A DNA stretch of 64,000 nt from Bdellovibrionales bacterium. Its GTDB lineage: Bacteria > Bdellovibrionota > Bdellovibrionia > Bdellovibrionales > UBA1609. Positions 39,474 through 50,077 of this stretch are shown here, piece by piece. The notes beneath the pieces are model-generated. The model was not told the origin of the DNA and did not search any database. It worked only from the letters and a program-made list of their open reading frames with translations. Both the position numbers and the translations under genes were made by a program. Positions within the stretch are counted from its first letter, which is position 1. Every line of letters begins with the position of its first letter. The stretch covers positions 672,394 to 736,393 of the forward strand of contig CBDBIB010000003.1 of assembly GCA_965205945.1 (NCBI GenBank), in the 5' to 3' direction.

Positions 39474-41597
39474 ATGAAAACAAGTTTATATTTTATATGT
39501 ATTTTACTCTTACTTACCTCTTGTAGTAATTTAGAAAAGATTAAGCCTTTAAGTACAGATTTAAATTTTGAGGAAAAGGTTTCTTCTGAACTAGAAGGAA
39601 TTGATTTTAATGAGACCTCTAATGAGTCTGCAGACTTTGAAAGTTTAGATTTAAAAGAAAATAAGGAGGATTTAAACAGTTTAGAATTTGACGTGTTTAA
39701 AGAAGACACCCCATCGACTGCTGTAGAGGATCTAATAATAGAGCCCTCTGCTCAAGAGCCAATTGTAGATACAAATAATGATATTCAAATAGATACCTCT
39801 TTTGATTTACCGTCTAAATTTAAGAATACGCCTAACAAAGATGAACTTATTTTTTCTTCAGAACCTGAAACAAAAGATTTATCACAAGGTGAACAAATAC
39901 AAAATGAAATTTTAAGTATAGATTATAATGCATTTCAAAATGGAGGCTCGTTTATAATTTCGGTTTCTCAAAAAGCAAATTATGTGACAGAGTATATTCC
40001 AGAAACTAATCAGTATATTGTTAAGTTTAAAAATACACGTATTGGAAAGAAACTTGCAAGACCATTTTTAACAAAAGACTTTAGGCAAAGCTTTGAGGCC
40101 ATGAATTCTTATGGTGGAGATGATGGTAGTGTAAGGCTAGTTTTTCAATTAAAAGATAAATCCTTTCCAAGTGTAAACTTTTTAAAAGGTAAATTAATTG
40201 TTGAACCAGGCTTTTTAGAATCAATGAGTGTTAAACAAAACAATCTTTTAAATAAGGACGAAGATAAAGTTTTGTTGTCTGCTTCGTCATTTGAAGATTT
40301 TTTACTTGGCAATTCTAAGTTTATTGGTAAACCAATATCCATACAAGTTAAAGATGAAAGTATCGTTACTATTATACAGTTTATAGCTGAACAAGTGGGG
40401 GCTAACATTGTTTTGTCTTCTAGCGTTCAAGGTAATATTTCTATAAAACTTAAAAAGGTTCCTTGGGATCAGGCTTTGGTGACTATTATGAAGGCTAAGG
40501 GGCTTGGTTATGTAAGAAATGGAAATATTTTAAGAGTTGCTACCTTAGCAGAACTTAAAAAGGAATCTGTAGCAGCAGTTGAAGTTCAAAAGGCAAGAAA
40601 AATATTAGCTCCATTTCATGTAAAAGTATTTCCGTTAAGTTATGCATCTCCAATCAAGCTAGCGGAAAAAATAAAACCTTTTTTAACTCTAGGGGCTCAA
40701 GGAAGCGGTAGATCAGGTCAGGTGCTTTCAGAAGAAAGATCCTCGTCCTTGATTGTAAGAGATACTTTTGAAGTGATTCAAAACGTGGCTACTCTTATAA
40801 AGGAGCTAGATAGTGCTCCTCTTCAGGTTATGATAGAAGCTAAAATTGTTGAGGCAACTAAGAATTTTACAAAAGATTTTAGAGGTAATGGGGTTAATAT
40901 TGGGTTTAATAGTAACACCCTAGGAGGGGCTGTTTCTGGACGTTCAAATTTAAATTATAGAACTGAAAATGGAGTAGGAACTTTTTTTCCAGAGGTTAGC
41001 ATTGGTGGAATTGATTTTTTTGGTTCTTTAAGTGCAAGTTTACGTTTACAAGAAATAGACTCTAAAGTAAAAATTCTAAGCTCTCCCAGTGTTTTAGTGA
41101 TTAATAATCAAACTGCAAAAATAACACAGCAAGATGAGATTTTAAATCAAATTGTAACAATTGGCGAGGGAGGAGTCACCTCTACTTCCACAGAAAGAAG
41201 TCCTGTTGAATTAAGCTTAGAGGTTACACCACAGGTTTCATCTGATAGTAGTGTTATTATGAAAATTGCTGTTAAAAGACAATTTCCAGTGACTCAAAGT
41301 CTTGGTAATGCTTTGAGTAGTAGAGAGGCTAATACAAGAGTTATTATAGAAAATAATAAAACAGCAATGATTGGTGGTATTTACCAAGTTTTAGAGAGAA
41401 AGAGTATTTCTGGTGCTCCGGTTTTGCGTAAATTGCCATTGTTAGGGTGGTTGTTTAGGAGTGACTTAAAGGCTAAAGATGATACGGAGCTTGTAATTTT
41501 TATTACACCTAGGGTGATAAATAAAAACAGTAAAGAAGACCGTTTTGTAGATCGACCCTTAACCCCCTTACAAGGAAATAGGATCTCAAAGTTTTAA
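39474..41597 (+). CDS. pilQ: Type IV pilus secretin PilQ
   Basis: Lipobox LTSC, VPWDQAL, QVMIEAKIVE, L.VTPQ, P.L..LPLLGWLF, ELVIFITP. Confidence 0.93.
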   Translation: MKTSLYFICILLLLTSCSNLEKIKPLSTDLNFEEKVSSELEGIDFNETSNESADFESLDLKENKEDLNSLEFDVFKEDTPSTAVEDLIIEPSAQEPIVDTNNDIQIDTSFDLPSKFKNTPNKDELIFSSEPETKDLSQGEQIQNEILSIDYNAFQNGGSFIISVSQKANYVTEYIPETNQYIVKFKNTRIGKKLARPFLTKDFRQSFEAMNSYGGDDGSVRLVFQLKDKSFPSVNFLKGKLIVEPGFLESMSVKQNNLLNKDEDKVLLSASSFEDFLLGNSKFIGKPISIQVKDESIVTIIQFIAEQVGANIVLSSSVQGNISIKLKKVPWDQALVTIMKAKGLGYVRNGNILRVATLAELKKESVAAVEVQKARKILAPFHVKVFPLSYASPIKLAEKIKPFLTLGAQGSGRSGQVLSEERSSSLIVRDTFEVIQNVATLIKELDSAPLQVMIEAKIVEATKNFTKDFRGNGVNIGFNSNTLGGAVSGRSNLNYRTENGVGTFFPEVSIGGIDFFGSLSASLRLQEIDSKVKILSSPSVLVINNQTAKITQQDEILNQIVTIGEGGVTSTSTERSPVELSLEVTPQVSSDSSVIMKIAVKRQFPVTQSLGNALSSREANTRVIIENNKTAMIGGIYQVLERKSISGAPVLRKLPLLGWLFRSDLKAKDDTELVIFITPRVINKNSKEDRFVDRPLTPLQGNRISKF

Positions 41598-42034
41598 TCA
41601 AGGACAATTCTAGGGTGATCTTTGCTTAACATATATAAAATTTCAGCATCTAAATTTGTGGTATAAGCATGAACGTTATGTCCAATAAAGCTACTCATAA
41701 TATGTGATTCTTCTTTAGTAGAGTGAAGAAGACCTAATTCACAGTGACCCAGCTCATGAATAATTAAGGCTTCTCTAGTTTTTTCAGAAAAATCTTTCCA
41801 AAGGTCTTCATTAATATGTATTTGCTTTGTTTCAAGTAAACATCTTGCAGGGACTCCCTTTGACAAAGGTGAAAATTCAATATTTGAAGTTACCTCGATA
41901 TTAAAAAGCTTTTCAAAAATTTGAATATAAGGTTTAAAGTTAGTAGGGTATATATTAACAGGGTCATCTTGTGCTACATGCTCACAAGCGTTTAATAATA
42001 AGGTTAAGAGAAAAAGAGGTATAAGTTTAGTCAT
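41594..42034 (-). CDS. Small lipoprotein zinc metalloprotease (metzincin/matrixin-like)
   Basis: Lipobox LNAC, HELGHCELGLLH zinc motif, followed by SHIM (Met-turn-like). Confidence 0.7.
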   Translation of the reverse strand: MTKLIPLFLLTLLLNACEHVAQDDPVNIYPTNFKPYIQIFEKLFNIEVTSNIEFSPLSKGVPARCLLETKQIHINEDLWKDFSEKTREALIIHELGHCELGLLHSTKEESHIMSSFIGHNVHAYTTNLDAEILYMLSKDHPRIVLD

Positions 42035-42242
42035 ATAAAAGCTAGAGTTATATTTTTTAAAATAAGAAATTCTGCTGGCAAAACTGCAATAAGCAAGAAG
42101 AGCTGGGGTTTAAGGCAAAGTCTTGTTAAATAAGAGAGTTTTCTCATAAAACTAATATATTCAATAAAAGTGCCAACTCTAATTGGATTTAAAATTATTA
42201 AGGGGTATAAGCTGTAAACACTATTGACATAAGGTAAGAATA

Positions 42243-43334
42243 ATGGAGTTATTTAGCGCAATAAATGTAAAAAAGCCCTTGGCTGAAGAGTTAAGACCTT
42301 TATCTTTAAAGAGTATTTTACTCGAGGATGGCCATGAGCTTTTAAGTCTTCATAAGGCATGGTTAAGAGGAAAGAGAGGGAGCTTTCTTATTTATGGACC
42401 TACAGGGTCAGGTAAGACTTCATTTATTAAGACTCTTTATGACTCTTATCAGGGTAGAAGGGAGTTAATAAATGCTGTGGATGTGGGGATTGCCCAGCTT
42501 AGAGAAACTTTAAAAGCTTTAGAGGATCACTTTAGAATCACCGGAGAGCCAACTTTAATGCTTATCGATGAGGCTCATAGGTTAAAAGCTCCACAACAGG
42601 ATATTTTGCTTCCAGTACTTGAATCTGGAGCGGTTTTATTGTTGGCCGCAACTACTCAGAACCCTAGTTTTAAATTTAATAAAGCCTTTTTAAGTAGGCT
42701 TAAGCTTATTAAGCTTAAGCCTCTTTCTGCTAAGCATATGCAAATTCTTTTAGATAGAGGGCTTGAGTATTTAGGGTTTAAAGGGGTGCTTTCTTATGAA
42801 ACTAAAAAGGCTTTGCTCACTAGGGCAGGTGGGGATGGGAGAAGACTCTTAGGTGATTTATCAGGTGTTGTTGATTTGTTTTCTTCTGATAGTGGGCAGA
42901 TAGATGATGTTGCTGCTAGTAAATATCTTGAGGCAGAGGTGTTTTTAGGCTCAAAAGAACTAAGGGTTAATGGCCTATCTGCATTAATTAAATCTATGAG
43001 AGCCTGTGATGAGGGAGCTGCGGTCTATTATATGGGACTGCTTTTAAAAGCAAAAGAAGATCCTGAGGTTTTATTAAGAAGAATGCTAATATTTGCATCA
43101 GAAGATATTGGAAATGCGAACCCTCAAGCAGTTATTTTTATAAATTCTCTTTGGGAGGGGTTTTTAAAGGTAGGAATGCCAGAGGCTGTGTACTCTTTGT
43201 ATCAGGGGTGCGCTTATTTAGCTAAATCTTCTAAGTCAAGAAGACATGTTGATCAGGTAAATTGGGCTGACCAGGTAATAGACAATAATATTGAAGGAAC
43301 TTTTTTTCCTAAGCATTTAAGAAAAAGCTTTTAA
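42243..43334 (+). CDS. rarA: Replication-associated recombination protein A (C-terminally short)
   Basis: PLAE.LRP, GPTGSGKT, IDEAHR, ATTQNPSF, IKSMR..D, ASEDIGNA.P, GMPE. Confidence 0.88.
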   Translation: MELFSAINVKKPLAEELRPLSLKSILLEDGHELLSLHKAWLRGKRGSFLIYGPTGSGKTSFIKTLYDSYQGRRELINAVDVGIAQLRETLKALEDHFRITGEPTLMLIDEAHRLKAPQQDILLPVLESGAVLLLAATTQNPSFKFNKAFLSRLKLIKLKPLSAKHMQILLDRGLEYLGFKGVLSYETKKALLTRAGGDGRRLLGDLSGVVDLFSSDSGQIDDVAASKYLEAEVFLGSKELRVNGLSALIKSMRACDEGAAVYYMGLLLKAKEDPEVLLRRMLIFASEDIGNANPQAVIFINSLWEGFLKVGMPEAVYSLYQGCAYLAKSSKSRRHVDQVNWADQVIDNNIEGTFFPKHLRKSF

Positions 43335-44071
43335 CCTATAAATTACATAAAACAACTTACCTTTTTACTTATTTTTATCCCCTGTGGTATTAGAATTCTG
43401 GCTAAGTTTTTTGATAATTAAATTTCTATGTGTGGGACTAAAAACAATTCTCCAATAGGACCTAGTTTAATGTTTATTCAGCGTGTGAATATGAGGTTGA
43501 AAAATCAAAGAAGTCATCCTTTTTTTTAAAAGAAAATCTTTTCTCCCATGGGGCAGGTATCTGCTGTGAGAGCCTACATTTAAATATTTAAAGAGAGCCT
43601 AAGAATACAAGCTACTTTTTTTAGCTATTAGATTACACCTTTAAGAAGCCAACTTAAGCAGGTCATCCTTTAAAAGCTTTGTTTTAATTAAGGATTTCAT
43701 GGATTTTTAAAATTAAACAGGGCATCAATTATCAAATACCTGCACACATAAGGCATATGAAAGTAGAAATCAGGTTAAAACTAAATGTCATTAAAATACT
43801 TTCCTATATTTGGTTAAGCAATAGTTTAATAGGCATTAGGTATACTTATTTGTCTTACGGTATTAAAATAATGGGTCAATAAGGATGAAATGAAAACCAT
43901 AATGACAAGATTTAGCTGTTTTATAAGGCTTTAAATTTACTGACTTAGATAATATAAAAATAAAGGTAAATATCAAAATATTTAAGCCTAGGCTATTGAC
44001 ATAAGCGTGTTAATTGGTAAGAACACATATCTTTGCAGTTAGGGCAACCTATTTTAAGGGTGTTTTCATAT

Positions 44072-44114
44072 ATCGAGCACCAACTAATTTAGGACTCTAG
44101 GTGCGATTTTTTTT
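44072..44114 (+). promoter_or_regulatory. Putative S10-leader hairpin / attenuator
   Basis: ATCG(AG)CACC...GGTGCGAT stem followed by a T-run, about 80 nt before rpsJ; TTGACA at 43996. Confidence 0.4.
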
Positions 44115-44194
44115 GTTTCAAGCTTACTTAATTGGGGTAAAATAATTATTTAAAGCGTTTTTAGTTAAGGAACGTTGAGAAACAAGGTGGAACT

Positions 44195-44515
44195 ATGCAG
44201 AGTCAGAAAATTAGAATTCGTCTTAAGGCTTTTGATCATAAGCTACTTGATCAATCCACAAAAGAGATTGTTCAAACGGCCATTAGAACAGGTGCTAAAA
44301 TTGCCGGTCCAGTTCCATTGCCTACTAGAATTAATAAATATACGGTTCTTAGATCTCCCCATGTAGATAAAAAATCTAGAGAACAGTTTGAAATTAGAAC
44401 ACATAAAAGACTATTAGATATTTTAGAGCCAACACAACAAACTGTAGATCAACTCATGAAGTTAGATCTTTCAGCGGGTGTAGATGTTGAAATTAAGCTT
44501 TCAGCAGTTGATTGA
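44195..44515 (+). CDS. rpsJ: 30S ribosomal protein S10
   Basis: [25 protein letters not shown]. Confidence 0.98.
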   Translation: MQSQKIRIRLKAFDHKLLDQSTKEIVQTAIRTGAKIAGPVPLPTRINKYTVLRSPHVDKKSREQFEIRTHKRLLDILEPTQQTVDQLMKLDLSAGVDVEIKLSAVD

Positions 44516-44548
44516 GTCTTTTTTTAAAGCCACCAGAAGGGAATTGTG

Positions 44549-45229
44549 ATGTCAGATCAAGAAAATATAGAGGAAAAAGTAGCTGTAACATCAAATAGTT
44601 TAGCTCTTCCTGTGGTTTATGGGTTTAAAAAAGGAATGACCGCAATTTATAATGATTTAGGAGTGAGGGTTCCTGTAACTATTCTAGACTGCTCTCCATG
44701 GGTTATCACTCAAATTAAAACAAAAGATAACGATGGGTATGATTCAGTACAAGTGAGTTTTGGAATTAAAAAAGCTAAGAACGCAACAAAATCAGAAACT
44801 GGCCACGTTAAAGCGGCAGGTTGTCAAACAGGTTACAGATTATCAAAAGAAGCTTGTAAGGGAGTTTTTAAAGGATGTGAGCCGGGTAAACAGGTTTCTT
44901 CTGCAAGCTTAGTGGTTGGAAAGAAAGTACAAATCACAGCAATATCTAAAGGTCGTGGCTTTTCAGGTGTAATGAAAAGGTATAATTTTAGAGGAGGGCC
45001 CGCTTCACATGGATCTGGTTTTCATAAAAGACCTGGCTCAATGGGGAACTGTACTTTTCCGGGCAGAATTATGCAAGGTAAGAAAATGCCGGGTCAGTAT
45101 GGTAACAAAAAGGTTACTTTAAGAGGGATTGAAATTGTTGGTGTAAATTTAAAAGCAAATATTGTTTTATTAAAAGGTGCTGTTCCAGGTTCTATTAACG
45201 GATTAGTTAAAATAGCAGTAAAAGGTTAA
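44549..45229 (+). CDS. rplC: 50S ribosomal protein L3
   Basis: K.GMT, SKGRGF.GVMKR, GKKMPG. Confidence 0.97.
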   Translation: MSDQENIEEKVAVTSNSLALPVVYGFKKGMTAIYNDLGVRVPVTILDCSPWVITQIKTKDNDGYDSVQVSFGIKKAKNATKSETGHVKAAGCQTGYRLSKEACKGVFKGCEPGKQVSSASLVVGKKVQITAISKGRGFSGVMKRYNFRGGPASHGSGFHKRPGSMGNCTFPGRIMQGKKMPGQYGNKKVTLRGIEIVGVNLKANIVLLKGAVPGSINGLVKIAVKG

Positions 45230-45236
45230 AGGTGTT

Positions 45237-45869
45237 ATGGCTACTATAGAGGTTATAAATTTAGATAGTAAAAAGGTAGGAAGTGTTAAACTTAACACTG
45301 ATCTTTTTGAAAGATCTGTTAGAAAAGATATTTTACAAATTGTTGTTAAATGGCAGTTAGCAAAGAGAAGGCAGGGAACTCACAAAACTAAGACCAGAGC
45401 TGAAGCTTCTGGTGGTGGTGCAAAGCCTTATAAGCAAAAAGGTACTGGTAATGCGCGTAGAGGCTCAACAAGATCTCCATTGATTCGTGGTGGCGGTGTT
45501 ATTTTTGGTCCAAACCCGAAAAGTTATGCCTTTGCTGTTTCTAAAAAGCTTAGAAAAGCGGCTGTAAAGTATGCATTATCTTATTTATATAAAACAGGAA
45601 AGGTTATTGTTGTGGATTCTTTTGTTTCAACTAAAGGTAAAACTAAAGTTTTAGCCGCTCAACTCTCAGGAATGGGTCTTAAGAAATCAGTTTTATTAGG
45701 TGAGAGTCTTAATGATAATTTTGAAAGAGCATCTAGAAATATTCCTAAATTTATTTATCAGCCTGTAGAAGGTGTTAATGTTTATGATCTTCTTAAATAT
45801 GATGGGGTTGTTCTTGAACAAAGTGGCCTTACAAAGTTAGAAAAACGTTTGGGGGAAAGTGTAATATGA
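45237..45869 (+). CDS. rplD: 50S ribosomal protein L4
   Basis: RQGTH.TKTR, KPYKQKGTGNAR.GS. Confidence 0.97.
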   Translation: MATIEVINLDSKKVGSVKLNTDLFERSVRKDILQIVVKWQLAKRRQGTHKTKTRAEASGGGAKPYKQKGTGNARRGSTRSPLIRGGGVIFGPNPKSYAFAVSKKLRKAAVKYALSYLYKTGKVIVVDSFVSTKGKTKVLAAQLSGMGLKKSVLLGESLNDNFERASRNIPKFIYQPVEGVNVYDLLKYDGVVLEQSGLTKLEKRLGESVI

Positions 45870-46153
45870 TTTTTACAATTAAAAAACCACTTGTTACAGA
45901 AAAATCATCAGGAGCTCAAAATGAACAAGGGTTTTATACTTTTCAAGTTCAAAAAGCTGCAACAAAAATTGAAATTAAAAAAGCTGTTCAAAAACAGTTT
46001 GATGTAAAGGTTAAGAGCATTAAAACTTTAGTATGCAGAGGTAAAGCCAAAAAAACAGCTAAAGGTATCGTGAAACCTAGGTATTGGAAAAAAGCTTTAG
46101 TCAAGCTTAAAACTGGTGAGCAAATTAAAATGTTTGAAGGGGGAGCAAACTAA
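45866..46153 (+). CDS. rplW: 50S ribosomal protein L23
   Basis: P.VTEKS, ATK.EIK.AV, WKKA.V. Confidence 0.95.
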   Translation: MIFTIKKPLVTEKSSGAQNEQGFYTFQVQKAATKIEIKKAVQKQFDVKVKSIKTLVCRGKAKKTAKGIVKPRYWKKALVKLKTGEQIKMFEGGAN

Positions 46154-46974
46154 TGGGAATTAAAGCATTAAAACCTTGTTCAAACGGGCAAAGAAATAGA
46201 TCAGGCTTTGATTTTAAAGAAATTACGAAAGCTACTCCGGAAAAAGCTTTAACAAAAGCTTTAAGAAGAACTTCTGCTAGAAATAATTTTGGAAGAATTA
46301 CAATGAGACATCAAGGTGGAGGGCATAAGAAGCGTTATCGTTTAGTAGATTTTAAAAGAAATAAAACAGATATTTTAGCAAACGTATTAGCTATTGAATA
46401 TGATCCGAATAGATCATGTCGTATTGCTTTAATCTGTTATGTAGATGGAGTTAAATCATACATTCTTGCTCCCGCAGGGCTTTATGTGGGTGATACGGTT
46501 ATATCTAGCAATTCTGCGGATATTAAAATTGGAAACTCTTTAGCTTTAACAAGTATTCCAACTGGTACGACTATTCATAATATTGAGCTTAGACCTGGTA
46601 AAGGGGGTCAAATGGTTAGAGGTGCTGGATCATCAGCTTCTTTAGTGGCTAAACTAGGTAAGTATTGTCAAGTCAAGCTTCCTTCAGGGGAGGTACGACA
46701 GGTTCTTGCAACTTGCAGAGCTACAATTGGTCAAGTTGGCAATACGGATAATGAAAATATTAAGATTGGTAAAGCTGGACGTAAGCGTTGGATGGGTATT
46801 AGACCGACAGTTCGTGGTGTAGCAATGAATTCAAACGATCATCCCCTTGGTGGTGGCGAAGCAAAAGGTAAAGGACATCACCCCGTATCTCCTTGGGGGC
46901 AACCGTGTAAGGGGTTTAAAACTAGAAGTAATAAAAGAACTGACAACATGATTGTTAAAAGAAGAGGTAAATAA
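46153..46974 (+). CDS. rplB: 50S ribosomal protein L2
   Basis: [31 protein letters not shown]. Confidence 0.98.
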   Translation: MGIKALKPCSNGQRNRSGFDFKEITKATPEKALTKALRRTSARNNFGRITMRHQGGGHKKRYRLVDFKRNKTDILANVLAIEYDPNRSCRIALICYVDGVKSYILAPAGLYVGDTVISSNSADIKIGNSLALTSIPTGTTIHNIELRPGKGGQMVRGAGSSASLVAKLGKYCQVKLPSGEVRQVLATCRATIGQVGNTDNENIKIGKAGRKRWMGIRPTVRGVAMNSNDHPLGGGEAKGKGHHPVSPWGQPCKGFKTRSNKRTDNMIVKRRGK

Positions 46975-47240
46975 TGGCTCGTTCGTTAAAGAAAGGTCCT
47001 TTTGTTGATCACCATCTTCAAGCTAAAATTAGTAGAGCTTTAGAAGTAGGTGATAAGAAAGTAATTAAAACTTGGTCTAGAAGGTCTATGATTAGTCCTG
47101 AAGCTGCGGGTTTAACATTTGCTGTTCATAATGGTAAAAAATTTGTTCCTGTTTTTATTTCTGATAATATGATTGGCCATAAGTATGGCGAGTTTGCACC
47201 AACTAGAAATTATACAGGTCATGGCAATAAGAAGAAATAG
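46974..47240 (+). CDS. rpsS: 30S ribosomal protein S19
   Basis: [23 protein letters not shown]. Confidence 0.98.
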   Translation: MARSLKKGPFVDHHLQAKISRALEVGDKKVIKTWSRRSMISPEAAGLTFAVHNGKKFVPVFISDNMIGHKYGEFAPTRNYTGHGNKKK

Positions 47241-47254
47241 GAGTAAATTGTTAA

Positions 47255-47584
47255 ATGGAAGTTAAAGCATCACTAAAATATGCAAGAATAGGGGCTTTTA
47301 AAGCTAGATTAGTTGCTAATCTAGTTAGAGGGCAGGAAGTTAACAAAGCTATTCGTAATCTTACTTTTTCATCTAAAAAAGCTGGGTTAATGATTAAGAA
47401 ATTAATTGAATCTGCAGCCTCAAATATTCAAAATCAGGTTATGGATGTGGACAATCTTTATGTGAAAACAATTACTGTTGATGAAGGTCCAGTTTTAAAA
47501 AGGTTTCGTCCAAGGGCTCAAGGTAGGGCTTCAGGTATTAAAAAGAAAACAAGTCATATCAACGTAGTATTGGCAGAGAGGTAG
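47255..47584 (+). CDS. rplV: 50S ribosomal protein L22
   Basis: KARLVA..VRG, RPRAQGRA..I.K.TSHI. Confidence 0.97.
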   Translation: MEVKASLKYARIGAFKARLVANLVRGQEVNKAIRNLTFSSKKAGLMIKKLIESAASNIQNQVMDVDNLYVKTITVDEGPVLKRFRPRAQGRASGIKKKTSHINVVLAER

Positions 47585-47588
47585 GGTA

Positions 47589-48254
47589 ATGGGACAAAAG
47601 GTTAATCCAATAGGCTTAAGAGTTGGGGTTATTAGAACATGGGATTCTCGTTGGTTTTCTACTGGAAAACAATATGTTGAAAATATTCATGAAGATTTTA
47701 AAATTAGAAATCATATTAAAAAAATGCCTGTTCTTAAAAGAGCCGGTGTTTCTAAAGTCGAAATTGAAAGAGCGGCTAAAAAAGCGAAAGTTATTATTTC
47801 AACAGCGAGACCGGGTGTTGTTATCGGTAAAAAAGGTGCTGGAATAGATGCTTTAAAAATAGATCTTCAAAAAGTCTCTAAGAATGAGATTTTTGTAAGT
47901 ATTCAAGAGGTTAGAAAGCCTGATTTAGATGCAAATCTTATTGCTCAAAATATTGCTATGCAGTTAGAGAAAAGAATTTCTTGGAGAAGAGCCCTTAAGA
48001 AAGCTATTACGGCTTCGGTAAAAGGTGGGGTAAGAGGAATTAAAATTCAAATTGGTGGACGCCTTGACGGAGCTGAAATTGCAAGAAGCGAGTGGTACAC
48101 AGAAAAATCTGTACCACTACACACATTAAGAGCTGATATTGATTATGGAACTGCAGAAGCATTAACTACATATGGGGTTATTGGATTAAAAGTATGGGTT
48201 TATCGTGGTGATATTTTAACTACTAAAGAAGTTGAGGAGGCCGGTCGTGCTTAG
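47589..48254 (+). CDS. rpsC: 30S ribosomal protein S3
   Basis: [34 protein letters not shown]. Confidence 0.98.
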   Translation: MGQKVNPIGLRVGVIRTWDSRWFSTGKQYVENIHEDFKIRNHIKKMPVLKRAGVSKVEIERAAKKAKVIISTARPGVVIGKKGAGIDALKIDLQKVSKNEIFVSIQEVRKPDLDANLIAQNIAMQLEKRISWRRALKKAITASVKGGVRGIKIQIGGRLDGAEIARSEWYTEKSVPLHTLRADIDYGTAEALTTYGVIGLKVWVYRGDILTTKEVEEAGRA

Positions 48255-48660
48255 CCCTAAGAAGATAAAGTGGAGAAAGCAACGAAAAGGTCGTATTACT
48301 GGGCAGGCTAAAAGAGGTACTACAGTAGCCTTTGGTGACTTTGCAATTAAAACTTTAGAGCAGGGAAGAATTACAGCTCGTCAAATTGAATCTGCTCGTA
48401 GAGCAATTCAAAGATCTGTGAAAAGAGGGGGAAAACTTTGGATTAGAATTTTTCCAGATAAGCCTCTTACTAAAAAACCTGCTGAAGTAAGAATGGGTAA
48501 AGGTAAGGGCAGTGTGGAATTATGGGTGGCACCTGTAAGACCAGGTAGAATCTTATATGAAATTAACGGAATCACTAAAGAACAGGCTCAAAAAGCATTT
48601 AAACTAGCTGGCTACAAACTTCCTGTTAAAGTTAAATTTATTCAAAGAGAGGGTCTATGA
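48247..48660 (+). CDS. rplP: 50S ribosomal protein L16
   Basis: GTG start after GAGGAGG; RQIE.AR, RMGKGKG. Confidence 0.97.
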   Translation: MLSPKKIKWRKQRKGRITGQAKRGTTVAFGDFAIKTLEQGRITARQIESARRAIQRSVKRGGKLWIRIFPDKPLTKKPAEVRMGKGKGSVELWVAPVRPGRILYEINGITKEQAQKAFKLAGYKLPVKVKFIQREGL

Positions 48661-48866
48661 AATTTACAGACGTAAAAGATCTTTCTGTTACTGAATTAGT
48701 AAAAAGAATTAATCTGAAAAAAAATGAACTATTTGAACTTAAAATGAAATCACATATGGGCCAGCTTACAAACCCTGTGCAGGTAAGAACATCGAGAAGG
48801 GAATTGGCAAAAATGTTGACTGCTATAAATAAAAAAGAAACAAGTAAAGGAGGCGTAAATGAGTGA
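48657..48866 (+). CDS. rpmC: 50S ribosomal protein L29
   Basis: ELF.L.M....GQL.NP...R..RR..A; operon position. Confidence 0.93.
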   Translation: MKFTDVKDLSVTELVKRINLKKNELFELKMKSHMGQLTNPVQVRTSRRELAKMLTAINKKETSKGGVNE

Positions 48867-49131
48867 AATAACTGCTGCTACTAGAGGTCGACGTAATGAA
48901 GTTATTGGCGAAGTAATTAGTGATAAAATGAATAAAACAATTTCTGTTAAAATCTTTAGAACTGTTAAGCATCCAAAATATGGTAAATACATTAAGAAAA
49001 CATCTATTTTTAAGGCTCATGATGAATCCAATGAAGCTAAAACCGGTGATATTGTTAAAATTTTTGAAGCTCGTCCTTTTAGTAAATTAAAAAGATGGAA
49101 GCTTTCAAAAGTTATTGAGAAAAGTAAATAG
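48859..49131 (+). CDS. rpsQ: 30S ribosomal protein S17
   Basis: SDKMNKTI, HPKYGK, AHDE.N, RP.SK.KRW. Confidence 0.97.
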   Translation: MSEITAATRGRRNEVIGEVISDKMNKTISVKIFRTVKHPKYGKYIKKTSIFKAHDESNEAKTGDIVKIFEARPFSKLKRWKLSKVIEKSK

Positions 49132-49149
49132 GAATTAAAGGGGTTTAAA

Positions 49150-49518
49150 GTGATTCAAATGCAAACAAAACTTTCAGTTGCAGATAATTCAGGAGCAAAA
49201 GAAGTTCAATGTATTAAAGTACTTGGTGGGTCTAAGAGAAGAACAGCCTCAGTGGGAGATATTATTGTTGTATCTGTAAAAGCAGCATTGCCTAATTCAA
49301 AAGTTAAAAAAGGTGATGTAGCAAAGGCTGTTGTTGTTAGAACTATTCATAAGATTAGAAGAGCTGATGGAAGTTATATTAGATTTGATGAAAACTCAGC
49401 AGTTTTGATTAACGCTTCAAAAGAACTCATAGGCACTCGTATTTTTGGTCCTGTTGCTAGAGAGTTAAGAGTTAAGTCATTTATTAAAATTGTTTCATTA
49501 GCTCCAGAGGTAATTTAA
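49150..49518 (+). CDS. rplN: 50S ribosomal protein L14
   Basis: [19 protein letters not shown]. Confidence 0.98.
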   Translation: MIQMQTKLSVADNSGAKEVQCIKVLGGSKRRTASVGDIIVVSVKAALPNSKVKKGDVAKAVVVRTIHKIRRADGSYIRFDENSAVLINASKELIGTRIFGPVARELRVKSFIKIVSLAPEVI

Positions 49519-49519
49519 A

Positions 49520-50062
49520 ATGAGTTTAAGTTTAGATAAATATAAAAATGAAGTGATTCCAGTTTTGAAAAATCAATTAGGTACAGATAATCTAATGAAA
49601 CTTCCAAGGCTTGAGAAAATTGTGATTAATCAGTGTATTAGTGAGGCCGTTCAAAACCCTAAACTTATTAATACTGCAGTTAAAGAGTTAACTGATCTTT
49701 CAGGGCAAAAAGCTGTTCCTACAAAAGCAAAAAAAGCTATTGCAAATTTTAAATTAAGAGAAGGTATGTCTTTAGGTGCTCGTGTAACTCTTCGGCGTGA
49801 AAATATGTGGGCTTTTTATGATAGACTTGTTCATTTGGCTCTTCCACAGGTTAGAGACTTTAGAGGTTTATCTCCAAAAGGATTTGATGGTCGTGGAAAT
49901 TATAATATGGGAGTTAAGGAGCAAATTATTTTTCCTGAAATTTCTTATGATAAAGTAGATAAAGTACGTGGAATGAATATAACGATTTGCACAAGCGCAA
50001 GTAATGACATAGAAGGAAGGGCTCTTTTAACAGAGTTAGGAATGCCCTTTAAAAAGAAGTAG
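49520..50062 (+). CDS. rplE: 50S ribosomal protein L5
   Basis: [23 protein letters not shown]. Confidence 0.97.
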   Translation: MSLSLDKYKNEVIPVLKNQLGTDNLMKLPRLEKIVINQCISEAVQNPKLINTAVKELTDLSGQKAVPTKAKKAIANFKLREGMSLGARVTLRRENMWAFYDRLVHLALPQVRDFRGLSPKGFDGRGNYNMGVKEQIIFPEISYDKVDKVRGMNITICTSASNDIEGRALLTELGMPFKKK

Positions 50063-50077
50063 GAGGGAGGTGTAGTT

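Noticed and set aside
44175..44366. ORF overlapping the rpsJ start as a leader peptide
   Set aside because: Out-of-frame overlap with rpsJ and no supporting features
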